Below, in pieces: positions 1 to 16,422 of a stretch of 64,000 nucleotides of DNA (position 1 is its first letter; each line of letters starts with the position of its first letter). Under the pieces are notes generated by a model. The model ran no database searches and was not told the DNA's origin. It was given only the letters and a program-made list of their open reading frames with translations. The DNA comes from Chrysomallon squamiferum (lineage: Eukaryota > Animalia > Mollusca): positions 39,990,001-40,054,000 of the forward strand of contig CM022665.1 of assembly GCA_012295275.1 (NCBI GenBank), written 5' to 3'. Position numbers and translations under genes: made by a program.

Positions 1-599
1 GAGCGCTGTACTACTGACTTGTTGAACTGAGACAGATTTCACAAATATATTTATTACAACATTTAGCATCTAGACTCTAGCATAATACATCGACGTAGAC
101 ATTAACAAACGTCGATACTGTATCATAAAACGTCATAATAACTGGACAGTACAATCTTGAGCAGGCTGACCACCGTTTGTCCTCAACATATTTTCAAACT
201 GGATCGGAAAATAAAAATAGAGAAAGAAACCAAAACTTTAAATAATTTGATATTTTTTTAGATATAACTCGTTAACAAACTCTTTTGCGAAAATAATTTC
301 ATTTCTTCTTCTTTTTCAGTTTCTGTTGTTTTATTTTTCGTTGTTGTTTCGTTTTTGTTTTTCTTATCTAATCGTTCTCTCTCGTTCCTCTGTGCGTTTC
401 TTCCTCCCTCTCTTTTTTCTCTCTCTCTCACTCAGACACATCTATCTTCTCCGAAATAACAAATCTCTATAACTACTACACCAAATTTCGGTCACCCATT
501 TATTTTAGCACATTCTACGTCGTGTCAGCCTGAGCTGAATACCAAACAGTAGAGCCTACCTGACCACTAATTGTTCACGTCTTCTTAACACGAACCTTC

Positions 600-872
600 A
601 TGTCAATAGTCCTGTATCTGCATACATAATACCAATACACGTACATCAATTTATCAGTCCTTTTACCCTCCAATAAACCAGCCGTTCTAAACGTCAAGGT
701 CCAAGTATGCCTGTCTTGGGCAGCCAGGCCTGGAACCTGTATTGTCAGTATGAGTTTTGGTTTTGTGAAATAAAGATGTAGTCTTGAATCCCCGTCATAA
801 GTTCTGGACCAGAGAAGACGATGGGATGCGAAACCAGGACCTGTGAATCTTAAGGCAGATGTCTTAACCGTA
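600..872 (-). mobile_element. Possible degenerate tRNA-SINE relic
   Basis: The minus strand CGGTTAAGACATCTGCCTT...CAGGTCCTGGTTTCGCATCCC resembles a tRNA D-arm to T-arm (GGTTCGAATCCC-like). It is followed by a moderately GC-richer body. The 3' boundary is uncertain. Confidence 0.3.
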
Positions 873-1117
873 GAAGGTTTAGAAATTCGAGTCTGTATCA
901 AAATTGTATATTAATCTGTCTATATTTTCTCTCTGTTTTTATCTTTCTGTCTCTTTCTCTCTCTCTCTCTATCCATCCTTGTATTTAACCATCTGTCAAT
1001 ATATCTGTCTGTCTGGATCTCTCTGTCCATCTATTTATCTATCAGTTAATCGTTCTGTCTGTCTGTCTATCTGTCTCTCTCTCTCTCTCTATCTATCTAT
1101 ATCTATCTATCTATCTA

Positions 1118-1152
<35 letters not shown>

Positions 1153-1273
1153 ACCTATCTCTAATTCTGTCATTTCCTTTCTTTCCTTTTTCTTTAAATA
1201 TCTTTAGTGCTATCTTTATCATCATCATAAACGTCGTCGTCGTCGTCATCATCATCATCATCACCATCATCAT

Positions 1274-1313
<40 letters not shown>

Positions 1314-1318
1314 GCAGC

Positions 1319-1349
<31 letters not shown>

Positions 1350-2821
1350 TATTATTATTATTATTATTATCATTATTATTATCATTATCATTATTATATC
1401 CACGTTCGGTATTTTCATTGAGTCATTACCATCTAATTACGTACACTAAATTTACACTGTAAATTCTCCGGCTACTGACAAGAAATTTATTTTTTCATTA
1501 ATATTTTTTTTTATTATTATTATTTTTTTTTTTTTTTTTTTCCCCTTGCCCTGACTTATATTTTTACCATCACACAAACCGGGACAACCAGTGTAATTCA
1601 ATAATTAATGAGTTTTCTGCTGAGGAGAAGAAAGATTTATTATCGGTAACCCTTGATAGATTCGTAATTTTTTATATTTAATGGATTTTGAACCATCTCG
1701 TGGGTTATATTCCTTTCGGAGCTCTCCGGTGTCTTAATGGAGAAAAATACAGCAATTCCATCACATTAGCGCGACTAAGACAAATATATGGCTTATATGG
1801 AGACAGTTTATTTTTACTAGTTCGTAATTTTGGAAGCGATTTGTTGTCATAAAAAGCTGCAGAAAAAAAAAGAAGAAGAAATTATATGATAGTGGTGAGT
1901 CTAAGTTACGCAATCGTGCTTAAATTTCAGACGATAATAAAAAAAAAAACTAGGAGCGGATCTCGACTAATCTCTGGAGAGCTACGTGAAGGACCCAATT
2001 TATTTTATTTATTAATTTTTTTTATTTTTTATTTTATTTTTTTATTTTTAATTTTTTTAATTTTGGGGGGGGTTAGTAATTTCATATTACATTCTATTCA
2101 AAATTCTGAAATTTTTTTTATTTTATAATTTATTAAAATTCTATATATATATATATATATATCTTTGTATGTGTATGTACGTGATAGGTAGGTACAGAAA
2201 TACGTATGTATTATAATAAATGTATCCAAGTACAAACGAACGTGCGTTCATCCACCCGTACGTTTTATATTTACATATTTATGACCGTACATTCTACATT
2301 TCTGAATACTACCGAACCAACATTTTTCTTGATAAAGACCCCATTTTTTTTTTTTTTTTATTTTTTTTTTCATTATTTGAATAACTTGTACTGCCGAATT
2401 AAATTTACGGGGAAAAAAAAAAAGGAAAAAAATAAAAAATAAAAAAATAAAAATAAAAAATTGAGTTTTCCCTTCTCTCACATAATTATTATTACCCACT
2501 GCAGACAGCAATGGCCGTCGTACAAAGATAGCGAAATTGCTCCGCGGAAAAAGGACGCACCACTGCAATATTCGCCGACCTATTTTATTTATCACCCTGC
2601 GTCGAATCGAGACGATCTCTACTGTTTAACGAAAGAATAAAGAATGATGTCGTCTTACCGTTTTATTGAGGCGCGCGTAGCGCTGACGTCGTTGCTGAAG
2701 TGAATGATAAGCAACGAGGAAGACTGGAATATTAATGACGTTGCGTCGGTGAAAATTTTTGGGAAGAGAATTTTGATCAGATTTCCAAAGTGTTTGAATG
2801 TTAACAAATCGTGTGTTGTTG

Positions 2822-2870
<49 letters not shown>

Positions 2871-3395
2871 GAGAGAAATAGATAGATAGATTCTGTATTT
2901 GGTTCTGTATTTCCATAATATATCATATTTAACATGGGGCAATAACATTTAGGACGTTACAACCTGTTATTACGTAAATCAGCACAACATAATTATGTAT
3001 ACGTTACCACAGTAAAGATATAAAGTGCTCGAAAATACACCAACAGTAAAAATAATAAGAAAGATAATATTAAAAAAAAAAAAAAAAAAAGATGATAAAG
3101 TTACACTGAAACTCCGAAAATAACTACAAGAAATTTCATATAATAAAGAACACACACATATATACGCAAAACAGATTATGATGTCACCCCGAAAATAAAC
3201 TCACCGCAGCACAGTTCTGATGATTCTCAAAGAGATTAATTTAAATTAGCTTCATAACATTTGATATTACAGACGTTTGCAGTTTTGGCATCGAAAATGA
3301 AAACATGTTTGTTTATGTGGAGAATTTTCTACTGACAACATATCTCAACTGTTAAAACCATTACGTAAATTTATTTTCAGTGAATAAACCAGAAA

Positions 3396-3424
3396 TGTGT
3401 GTGCGTGTGTGTGTATGTGTGTGC

Positions 3425-3473
<49 letters not shown>

Positions 3474-3478
3474 ATGTA

Positions 3479-3548
<70 letters not shown>

Positions 3549-3800
3549 CATACATAATGTATACATACACACAGATAAATAAACATACATACATATATAG
3601 GGCTTTATATTTTAGTACATACTTTAGTTGACGATAATACACACATACATAAAATACATACATTCATACATACATACATACAAACATACCTACATACCTA
3701 CCTACCTACCTACATACATACATAAATATATGCATGCATGCACACACACACACACACATACTTAGATACACATTTACACAATTACATACATCCATACACA
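3396..3800. repeat. Compound (TG)n/(TA)n/(TACA)n microsatellite
   Basis: Direct reading of the sequence. Confidence 0.9.
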
Positions 3801-5661
3801 CAAATACACTTACACACACATATTAATTAGTCACTTTAAATAACGTCACAGTTAGGCAAAACTGGGTCTTGTCTGTGCGTTGTCCAAAAACGCGTTCATC
3901 ATCTTTAATAAACCGCTCCACAAAACAGAGAGCTCTGTGTCAACGACCAAGCACCCAGCAAAGTCTCAACATGGCTTCGACTCGAGTACTAGAATCTAGG
4001 TCTCATTAGATTTAATATGGTCAAAGGGAGACGTCAGATTTGATCTGGCGGGGTCCTCCGGTTCACTGTACCGATAAATCAGTGAAATCATTAGCAGTAT
4101 AACAAGTAAGAAGCCGACGATAATAAACTGTTATCACAAGCTGAACGTGTTCTTTGCTAACCCGATACGACCATACAAAGAACATCGCCTCATCGCCAGT
4201 ACCCTTCTATAAACTACGTTGTTTCCGTAGTCTCTGAAAAGTACGTCGTCTACGAAGTGCACTAACGAAGAGACCTGCCAGAAAGCTTCGTTATTTAGAT
4301 TTACTGTTTCGTATTTCGTCGAAGCTCGGAACAGATATGAAACCAAATTAACCGAGTTTTTCACAATACGTAAAACTGGACGATTGAAAACGTACGTTTT
4401 TTATGTTATGAGATGAGATGTCTAGTTCATATTATTTTTTGCGTGTCGTGATAATAAGTGTAAAATGACTCTGGGCTAAAGAGATGCAATCTTGGCGTTT
4501 ACTGACAGTTAAATAAATATAAATACGAATGTAGCGGTTCCATATCAGACTAATATGATGTAATATATATATATAAAAACAGAGAGACAGAGAGACAGAC
4601 AGACAGACAGATAAATAGCACTGCTGTTTCATTAGGGTATTGCCCGTTACAGCTGAAACCAATGAATGGATATCAAAGAACACAAATTATAGCAAAACGG
4701 TATCTAAAGTCGTTGTGGGGGCAGAGGGGGGTCGGGGGGGAGACCGGGGCGAGTTTCTTCTCTTATTATTTGTGTTATATTTTACCAAATGCGTTACGTC
4801 ACATAACCAGCGATTAAAAATGTTGACTACATGCTAAAATAATTTAAAAACAAAAAATTTAAATTTAAAAAAAAAAAAAATCATTCATTCTTTCTATAAA
4901 CGGAAACTTAAAATATCAGAGCCAAACAATTTGAAACGATACTTCTTTCGATTCAAAAGAAAGCCTTAATTTTCTTTAAAAAAAAAAAATAAAATAAAAA
5001 AATTATCTAATTCAACGAAACCGATTTGCGTTAAGGTTTCCTTCTCTGCCGATACAAAAGGTCAGTGTGGTAGTTAAAAGGTCAAATGATCTGGAGTAAC
5101 TACAAAAATAGAACTCTAAAAAGAAAAACGGACCATTAAAAAAAAAAAAAAGAAAAAAAAAAAAATACGAAAAAAAAAAAAAAAAAAAAATTATTAAAAG
5201 CGACTCAGCAAATAATTGCAAAACAGTAATTCACTTCGCAGTGACAAATTTTCAATTTAGATTTTTCCACAGCTGGATCTGTGCTCATTTCCTGCCGATG
5301 AGAATGGCACACGGGTTAAAACTCTTAAAAGCCACAGTTGTAAAACACTAATCACGGGTTTTAAACTGGCTCGCGCCGCGGGGTCGCGTCTCAGCAACGG
5401 ATCGGAACGGAAATATCAACAGCCTGCACCATTTTACATGAAGGTTGTTATTGCGTAATAGAGAGAGAGAATAAAAAATAAAAAAAAACCAGCTAAATTT
5501 TGGAAGAGGATAATAAAACAAATCAGACAAAAAATAATAATAATAATAATAATAATAATGTTGAGAAGCTGAACAAAAATAAAAGAAAAATATCATAAGG
5601 GAATCAAACGAAGTATAATATTTCAAATGTTACTGTGCACCAATGTGTAGATATCTAACTT

Positions 5662-5845
5662 TGTATGTATGTATGTATTTAGGTATGAATATTCTCTGTT
5701 TTTTTCTACGTCTGATTAGACTCTGCACTTAGACAATATTCTGAAACGCACTGGCGCAGGAGGACAAAGTCCAGTCACGACCTCACAAATGTCAGATGCC
5801 GCCGACGAGACTCGAACGTAAGGCACCCTCACTCCGAAGACGGCT
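5662..5845 (-). mobile_element. Degenerate tRNA-derived SINE-like element
   Basis: The minus strand has a B-box-like GTTCGAGTCTCGTCGGCGGCA head, a short body, then GACGTAGAAAAAAA and an (ATAC)n tail. No clear A-box. Confidence 0.4.
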
Positions 5846-6409
5846 GTCTGTCTGTCTGTCTGTACGTATGTACTACATGTGTATGTATGCATGTACATCA
5901 CAAAAACAAATATTTTTAAAATCTGTAATAAACAGGAACAAGTGCATCTTTCCTATACTAAATTCATTTCCGGCAGCCATATTGAAAATTATTAGCTCAG
6001 AAAAAGTAGTTCCTCGACAAGCACTCTTAATTAACCAATCAAATTGCTCGTCATTTCCGAGAGTTTTTAATATCAATAAGATGAACTTGTGCTCTCGTCA
6101 GTTGGACAAAGAAAATCTGCCGGGCTGTTGTTACACGACGTGACGACAGGAAAACCAATTACCTGTTTCCATCAGAAAAATTGTAAATTTGACCCCTTCA
6201 TAACTGACAGACCTAGAAACCGAGTTCTCCAACACTGTCTACGTCTTCACTAAAGTCACTTTTCTCCTTAATGGAAAAGGTTCACGTCTGTGGGTGTGAA
6301 GTGGGTGTGCGTGTGTGTGTGCGTGTGTGTGTGTGTGTGCTTATGTGTACGAATATGTATTGCATGCGTGTATGCCTGTGTAATAAATATATTATGTTCT
6401 GATATTCAT

Positions 6410-7040
<631 letters not shown>

Positions 7041-7835
7041 GACTTTAATTCTGGCTAATATTACTAAGTTAATACATACATACTTCATACTCCTCCAAGG
7101 CTTAACGAAAACAAATACAAAATGTGATTACTCCAAATGAGATCATTAAATTCACTAAGGAAAATGAATCGAAATGACATTCGAAGTCGACATTAATGTT
7201 TGATTGATGTCAGTTAACGATCATGAGGTTAGGCAATGCAGTCTTGTTTGTCTTTGTTGTTGGCTTTTTAAGTATTTTAATCTTTGCTGTGAATCAGATA
7301 AGTATGATCCTCGGCTGATTTATGGTATGTAAGATGCACGCTGATAAAGACATCTTCGACAACGTTATCTTTGAAAAAGCAAGTCGAGGTTAGAGGTGAA
7401 ATGGTGAAAATGAGAACGGAGTGCGGACTGGATATATTTCGATAAGAAATATGACGTTATCGTTTAAGACTTTGCTTAAATATAAAGTATTTTTTCGATC
7501 TTTTTGTTTGTTTATTTATTTATTTTTTAAATTTTATTAACTTATTTACTTTAATATAAAAAATATATATATAATAAAAAAAAAAAAACAAAAAAAAAAA
7601 AAAAAAAAAAACGTGAAGATAGTTTGGATGAAACGTGAATGAAATACATGCACATAATTATATGCATATTCACACGTAAGCACTGGCATACAGATAGATA
7701 TATATATATATATACTAAGATGGACGGCAACTGTATAAGAAAGAAATAAGAAATAGAAATCTTAGGTGTGTTAGTTAAAGGGAAGCGTCTAATTGCGAGG
7801 ACAAAGAAAAATTGAACTACTATATATCTCCAGGT

Positions 7836-7958
<123 letters not shown>

Positions 7959-9894
7959 AAGAGAAGAGAACGAGGAAACCATAGTGTTAAAGGAAAATGT
8001 GTTTGTAATATAGCGAACTAATTGATTAGCAAAGGTCAAGCGAAAGCAAACTGTCCCTCAGCTGGACTTTAACTTGTTTCAAGCCCATACGTTTAGAGAT
8101 GAATGCACGTGCCAATTCGCGCCGTGACCACTTAGCCCAAACGTTGATTAAATCAGCAAAAGGCGATACATTTGGAGCAAGTTTATGAAGACAAGGTGAT
8201 TTGACTTCATCTATTTCTTCAAACAAGTGACGACTTTGAAGTGTACTGTTAAACACCTATCATCCATAAAATTTTCTAACTGCCCATTTATCATGTGAAA
8301 CAGCCTTGTAGGCAAGTGAAGAACCAGAGAACAGTTACATACTTTTTGGTCGACTATTTTTTTTTTTTTTTTTTTTTTTTTATTATTTATTTATAAAATT
8401 CATTTCATTTTGCAGGCTTTATCTTTCATGCTGATGACTGATGTCGTCTACAGATTTTTTTTTTTTTTTTGTTAGTTCTAATGATTGAGTAGTTTCGAAA
8501 AGACATATCATTCAAAAATTAAAAAACATCGCAGAAGAAGGAATGGATAACTTATCGACTACGAAGACGTCAGCAACAACAACAACAACAACAACAGCAG
8601 CAGCAGCAGCAACAGCAACAACAACAATAGCAATAATAATAATAATAACAATAACAATAACAGTAACAATAAAGAAGAAGAAGAAGAAGAAGAAAACAAA
8701 ATTTAATTAATAAAACAAAACAAAACGAATTCCCCAAAGAGGCGTCTCTTAATATTTGTTAACAGTCTATTTACGACTGGTAAAAGGTGATAAGGTTTAA
8801 CTGATTCTTTCCTCTTCGTTACGTCCGTATGATTACGTCCAATTGACTGGTTCATGGTTGATTATGTTTACACGTATTCAGTAAAATGTCCGCTGTGGAT
8901 TCATTATTCGCGTTATGTACGGTAATACGGTTATCTGTGCCGTCACGTTGTGTCTATAATTAGCGAACACTGCAACAGGGAAATATATTGGTAGATCTAA
9001 ATCATTTAGCTGCGTCGTTTTTCACAATTAAGGGGTTATATGAACCCTTACTTCAACCGGACCAGTGACGCCTAGCTGTTTATTAGCTGAGGTTGTTTTG
9101 CCGTTTTTGTGTTTCTTGTTAAAACTGTTGGTTCTGTCCTTTGCATATAATATGTAAATAAATGGCTAATACAGTGAATCTTTGTTTCTGTTCTCTCCAT
9201 ATTTCTTTATTTCTTTATTTATTTATTTATTTATTTATTTATTTTGATGACAAATTCGATCCAGAAGGTCCTGGGAACGAATCTCAATTATGCGAACCGG
9301 GTCGTATTCAGAATGAACACACCAACATACTAACGTTATACCGATATTTATATACACTAACATAAAATCACATGAAGTATATTAATACTTGTAACTTTCT
9401 AACAACATTTGTAATTATCATCTTCATTATATATCATAAAACATGTAGCGACAAAAAAAATATATTAATAATACAAAGACTTTTTAAGTGATTCAGTAAT
9501 TAAAGGTGAAAATACCTACGAACTGACGTATCTACGAACAAACGCGCACGTCATTTTAAGAATGGAAAAAATCTGGTAAGAGTCTCGACATAATTACATC
9601 ATTTTTTTCTGATTGAGAGTTTTTATCACGTTCTCTTCACACGCTGATTTGAAACATGTGCTTTGTGGTTTTAATTTTCAGTATTTAAAATTTCGTTAAA
9701 TCACAGCTGTTATTAGTGAAGATAAGTGTTTACTCATAAATAGTTTTTATCAACAAGATAAGCTAAATTTGGTTTTAAACTGTAAACACTCCAAACACAT
9801 GTTGTTTAAAATTTAGTCAAATTAAACACAGATAAGCAAGTCACACGCTATTTTGAGTTTTACTTTATCAGCAATTCTTTCTTTCTCTTTCGCT

Positions 9895-10345
<451 letters not shown>

Positions 10346-11012
10346 CTATTTTTCTCTCTCACTCTCTGTATTTGTCCGTCATTCACTTTCTCTCTCCCTC
10401 ACTCTCATCCTTCTCTCTCTCCTGTCTCTTTCTCTGACTCACAACTTTCTGTATATCACTTAAATTATCTCTCTCTCTCTCTCTTTGTTTTATTAAAAGC
10501 ATCTGAATTTAAAGACCATACTTAATAGAACACGCACTCATAAACCAATAAAATCCAAGCGTTTTGGCCGTTTACGAATCTCTTTAAAGCATCATACCAC
10601 ATATCGCACGCTTCACACTTAAAGCACCTCCTCTTTAACCGTTATCACATCTCGTATAAACTTCTTCTATCTACGCTACCACGTCCCTTGTGGTTTTTTA
10701 GGTTTTTTTTTTAGCTAGAACCCACATCAAATGATTTCCAGTCAGTCCACAGTTTGCCGGTATACTTTAGTGTTTAATATTTAATAAGCTTTATCTGACA
10801 AAATCGTTCTTTCCTTTGAAAGTTTCAGAAACTCGACAGGTGAAAAAAAAAAAAAAATATTGATGGACGACCAATGACTGTTTTATTTGCCTCAGAATAA
10901 TTCTTCTTAGAAATGCACCGAGCGACTTGTAAACAGGCATGTACACGTTGATCTTTGTTTAAGGTAAATCCCCCATCAGTGTAAAGATTCCTAGACTTGT
11001 GATGTTTAGTTT

Positions 11013-11101
<89 letters not shown>

Positions 11102-11833
11102 TCATCCCTATCTTTCTGTTTCTGTCTCTCTTTCTCTCGTTCGTTTTCATCTTTCTCTCGTTATTGCTTTCCTTACCTATCGTCCACTCTACCCATGCCT
11201 CAGTAAGTAAAGTAATCTATCAGTGACTGTTTCTATCTGTCATCCTGTCTATTTATCTATGTATGTAGTATATCTGTCTGCTTAGCTACCTACCTGCCTA
11301 TCTGTATAAGTGTATGTTTTGTCTGCCTGTCTATTTATCTTTCTGTCGTTTTTTTTTTTTTTTTTTATGTGTCTGTCTTCATCATTAATCAACATGGATA
11401 CATGTCAGTCGATCTATCTCACCGTCTCATTCTTTTTGTCTACTTTACATTATCTGACCACACAGCTTCTTCTCACGCCTTCGTCTGTACTTTATTGACC
11501 ACGGTTTTCATCTGAAACAGCGATACCCGAAAAATAAACAAAAATCTCCGGCAACAGAAGAAAAATGATCGCCAGTTAAGCCAGCTTGACGAAACCTGGA
11601 TATAATTATGTCGACTTGCTGGAAGTGATTGCCAAATGTCCCCGCGGAATACAGATACATCATTTGGTCAATAACGGCAATCTTATCTCTGGTTATTAAG
11701 TTCGGCTGCAGCTATGCAGTTTTTCCCTATTCTCGCGATCTGCACTTGGCCGCGCTTCGATATTTTCAATATGGCAGGCAGCAAGCAGCAAGCAACACGG
11801 TCGACAACTCATCAGCGTTGAGATTTCGCGTGC

Positions 11834-11875
<42 letters not shown>

Positions 11876-12298
11876 ATGATATAATTTTTACATGTCAGGA
11901 TCAAGCATCGGTTGAGGTTTTCGTAATCATCATCGTTGTCGTTCCTTCACATCATGGCTGTTGGCTGTTTTTCGTGGGACGGTCTCAGCGTCCAGACTTC
12001 TAAAACGCTGGTAATGCGCTACTAGACTGATGCGACTGGAAATTGGACGTGTCTTTTACGTATCGTGTGTTATGGCGGCGAGCAGGAGGGGGCTGAGTTA
12101 GAGAGTATTTGCTGGCGAAATTAGAAAACAATTTACAGAGCCTATTAGCTGGAACAAAAATTTTTGTCTACGTTTAGCAACAGTTATTTTCGGAAATCTC
12201 GTCCTGGGAGCCGGTAATAGTATCGTAGGTGGTCTACGTCATGACGTGTCGCAGGTCACAGGGTCAATGACACATTCACATACACGCACTTAGAATAA

Positions 12299-12503
12299 GT
12301 CGTAAGTTTAAAATAATATTTTGCAGTTCCAAAATATGTGTGTCGTAAGTTTAAAATAATATTTTGGAGTTAAAAATATATACATGTCGTAAGTTTAAAA
12401 TAATATTTTGCAGTTCAAAAACAAAACTACAAAAAAAAAAAAAAAAAAAAAAAAAACAACAACAACATAATAATATGTTGTATGTTTAAAATAATATTTT
12501 GAA
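12299..12503. repeat. Short tandem repeat, 3 copies of ~44 bp plus a diverged fourth copy
   Basis: GTCGTAAGTTTAAAATAATATTTTG occurs at 12299, 12342 and 12386, with a diverged copy at about 12477 after a poly-A. Confidence 0.85.
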
Positions 12504-13144
12504 GATCAGAACTGTACCTCAGAAAATCACCAATTAGAAACCATGCGACCACCTTTATTTATATCTGACAACATTTCTGTTATTTATTATTTGATGTAAA
12601 TTCATTTCGTCTTCTAAGATATTTCCACCACGACGTTCATTAGTCTCGCTTTCGCTATAATTGTAGTCACTTCTTTGACTTCGATATTTTTCAATGTTAA
12701 TTGGTTATTTATCCTTTCAATCTATGAGCCAATCTTTTCTTTGGACTTACAGTGATTTATTTCACACATTCCAAGTAATAAGCCTTAAAGCAGATAGAAA
12801 TTTATTAAGGGTGCTAATCTGAATTACGCTTCTTAATCTTCTGGTGTTTTGTGTCTTCAGTAATATTTAAACGGATCACTCAATAATGTTCCACTATGCA
12901 TTATTATTTTTTCCCACGTTAAAAGAACTAACAATAGATTATTCTGTGTATTATTTTGCATTTCAAAACATTAAAATATAAAAATATATGCATGTTGGTT
13001 TCTTTATTTACGTTGTCTGCAATTCAAATTGAAATAGCTGTAATTGCGTTTTTCAAAATTTGTCGCCATTTTTTTTTTTTTTCATGAGAGTTATAGAATA
13101 ATAAGTTGTTCAGTATCGGCGTGTGAGTGAGAGAAGAGAAGAGA

Positions 13145-13201
<57 letters not shown>

Positions 13202-13313
13202 TTACCTTTCTCTATCAGGTTAACTATTGACAAAAGTTTAGAGTTTTCAAAATTTATTATTGATTATGTCAGTATGATAATGATAATTTAAAAACAAATA
13301 TATAATCTATCTC

Positions 13314-13346
<33 letters not shown>

Positions 13347-13873
13347 ATATATATATATATATAAATAAAATAAAATAACAATTATACTAAAACGATTTAC
13401 CTGTAGTTTTTGTAACCAACCATTTGTTATTACTTCAAAAAAAAATGCAATACTGAAAAGATTTAAAATACACTTCTAAATAGGGTTTATTTATTTTTCC
13501 TCTAAAAAAAAATTAAAAAACTAAAAGATATCTTACTAGGCTTTTTAAACATCACACAGAACTGCACATTTTTACGTCTGCTGTTAAACTATATTCTGTG
13601 ACCCAGCCACTGCATGTTTTGACAACTAATAACCGATGATAAATGACACGTCGGGATTTCATTAAACAACTTCTTTTTGTTTTTCCCTCCCTCGGCTGAT
13701 GAGCACCCGTGTTGACTGATTAACGTATTATAAAATGACTCTGTTGATTTTCTTTCGCGGCGTAAAAATCACTTCATATCCCGCGTTGTCTCCAGGGAGT
13801 TAAGCAAACGAGGAATCTAAGCACTGGGCTATATGATTTATATCATGTGTTTACAAAACAGAAGAGAACTGTG

Positions 13874-13907
<34 letters not shown>

Positions 13908-14319
13908 TCTTATTAACCAGATTGCCCATCCCGGACGAAATTCTTGTCTTCGTAATAATTATTATAGTTCCGGCTTGTCGTAATTATTAATTTCTTGTTA
14001 TCGTTATAATTATTATAGTTTATTTCGTCATCTGAAGTATTATAGTTGCTTGTCCCTATTATAATTATCACAGCCTTTGGACGTCATGGCAGTTGTTATA
14101 GTTTTTGTCATCAGCACACTACGTTTATTATAACATGTTCTGTGGTTTAGCTTGTTGATTCGGACTCCTAAGGTAGCGAGGTATTTTTCTGTGCAGTTTG
14201 AAAAGTTCATTGTACGTACGTACGTATGTATAATCATTATTTTGTCCAGAAAAGCCTGTACGGATTTTAGACTGGTTAAAAGCAGATATTTGGCATCTCT
14301 GTTATTACTATTATTATGC

Positions 14320-14350
<31 letters not shown>

Positions 14351-15429
14351 GTTGTTATTGTTTGTGCTGTTAGTAGTAGGCAGTAATAGTTTTGATATTC
14401 GTTAAAGTAAAATCATCATCATCATCATCATCTTCATCGTCATTAACACCACTTTAATCATCGTTCATCATCATCGTATCGTCACAATCATTTATTTATT
14501 TTTCATCACTAATCTGAACTCACGAAATTCCGCGAAATTCTTTAAAAAATCTTAACAAAAACTAAAAAACAACAGCATCGAAACCTGCATCAGAAACCTG
14601 CTACTGATTATAACGAACTCAAAATCTTATCCTCCCTCACTAATCCCATAATCATCTTCTGGTCAAAGGGTGCTTCGCTAATCTCGCAGCTTTAGCCATA
14701 ATTTTGTTGGGGATTTTGGGGGTTTTTTTTTTTTTGCACATGGAGCAGAGAGTGTCTCTTTCAACAACAAACGTCTTCTCTCTGAGAAAAATGTGTAATT
14801 TCGCACGCACCTGCTACATTATATCGAGTAACGAGAGCGTATTACACAGACACACAAGTGTAATTGGTTTTGACTTCGGCTCATAATTATGAGTGTGCTG
14901 ATATTCGCTCTGAAGGCAATCCTTTAATTAGAACTGACAAGCCGTGGTATCCCTGTATCGGGAAAAAAAAGAAAAAGAAAGAAAGAAAACGCCGAGCTTT
15001 AGGCCAGTTCATCGGCCAGGTTAAATGGACTCTACAAAAATAATTCGAAAGTCAGCCGGTCATGATAATGCAATATTCGATTCCTTCGTCTTGCAGGAGC
15101 GCAGACTGAATCCCCTTTCATGTAATACGCGATACGTACGATTGTTTTGAGCATTTCGAAGACGGTGCATTCGGAGACTGGTGTTTTTACTCCCTCGCAG
15201 CTTCCTTGTATATATAATTATCATTTTACATGTCCTAATCCTTTGCCTCACGGCGAATACTGATATATATCACTTTCGTAAATAATTTCCAATTTTCCCT
15301 TCCACTCCTGCGGTAGTAAACTCGTTGTGATTATTAGGGTGCTCTGTGTTAGGAAAATGGATTAATATGCAAATATTCTGTCCCTGATATACGAATTATA
15401 GTAAACTGAAAATGTTTAACCCCTTGGAT

Positions 15430-15540
<111 letters not shown>

Positions 15541-16383
15541 TCTGTTCTTTTTATTTATTTAAAAACATCTTTCCTTTAAAACCAGTTCATATGTTTTCTT
15601 CTCTGGCTTATCGCTTTTTCGTTTTCTTAATAATCTGTTTCCACTACAATAATGGCGCACCCTTTCCTAATATCAATAGGAATCGAAAACAGCAGCAGCA
15701 GCAGCAACAACAACAACAACAATAAAGATAATAATAATAATAATAATAATAATGACGATGATGATGATGATGGCTCTGATGATGATGACGACGATGATAA
15801 AGCAGCTTTAATATAATATCTAATCTTAGACTATCAGCAGGATATTATTGTCCTTGCTCTTATTCTTCTTCATATGAAAACTTTAGGGATTATTAAGTAA
15901 TTAAAATATTGATATTTTACGTTTTTACCTTTTTTCTTTTATACCAATGTTTTGCGGTCGATTTTTAATTCTACCCATTATGGTGCAATTGTGTTAAGAT
16001 ATAATTAATAAAGTGTACTCTTTGACTTGAGAAAAAAAAAAAAAGAAAAAAAAAAAAGATTGCAAGATAATACTACAAATTATAAGATAATCATAAGCAT
16101 TACAAGTTAATCATAAAGAACATTAAAATTCAATGTAGCACACTGTGTTGCTGTTGTAATCGTTTGTGCTGGAAAGACATTGTCGCGGTGATTCAGTACG
16201 GATATTTCTAAAGACTGCTGATGAAAACAATGTCTTGTGGGTAATTCTGTGTATTCTTGAAAAAAACTTTCCCGTAATTGTTAACAAAACCGTTTACGGA
16301 TTATAATAATTCATCATCATCATATACATGTGTGGGTGCATTATGCATAAATATATATATACATTTATATGTGTTTGTATGTG

Positions 16384-16422
<39 letters not shown>

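Noticed and set aside
575-901. 108-aa non-repetitive minus-strand ORF as a possible GPCR exon 2
   Set aside because: It has no TM segments and no ECL1 or ERY motifs, and it overlaps a SINE-like relic.
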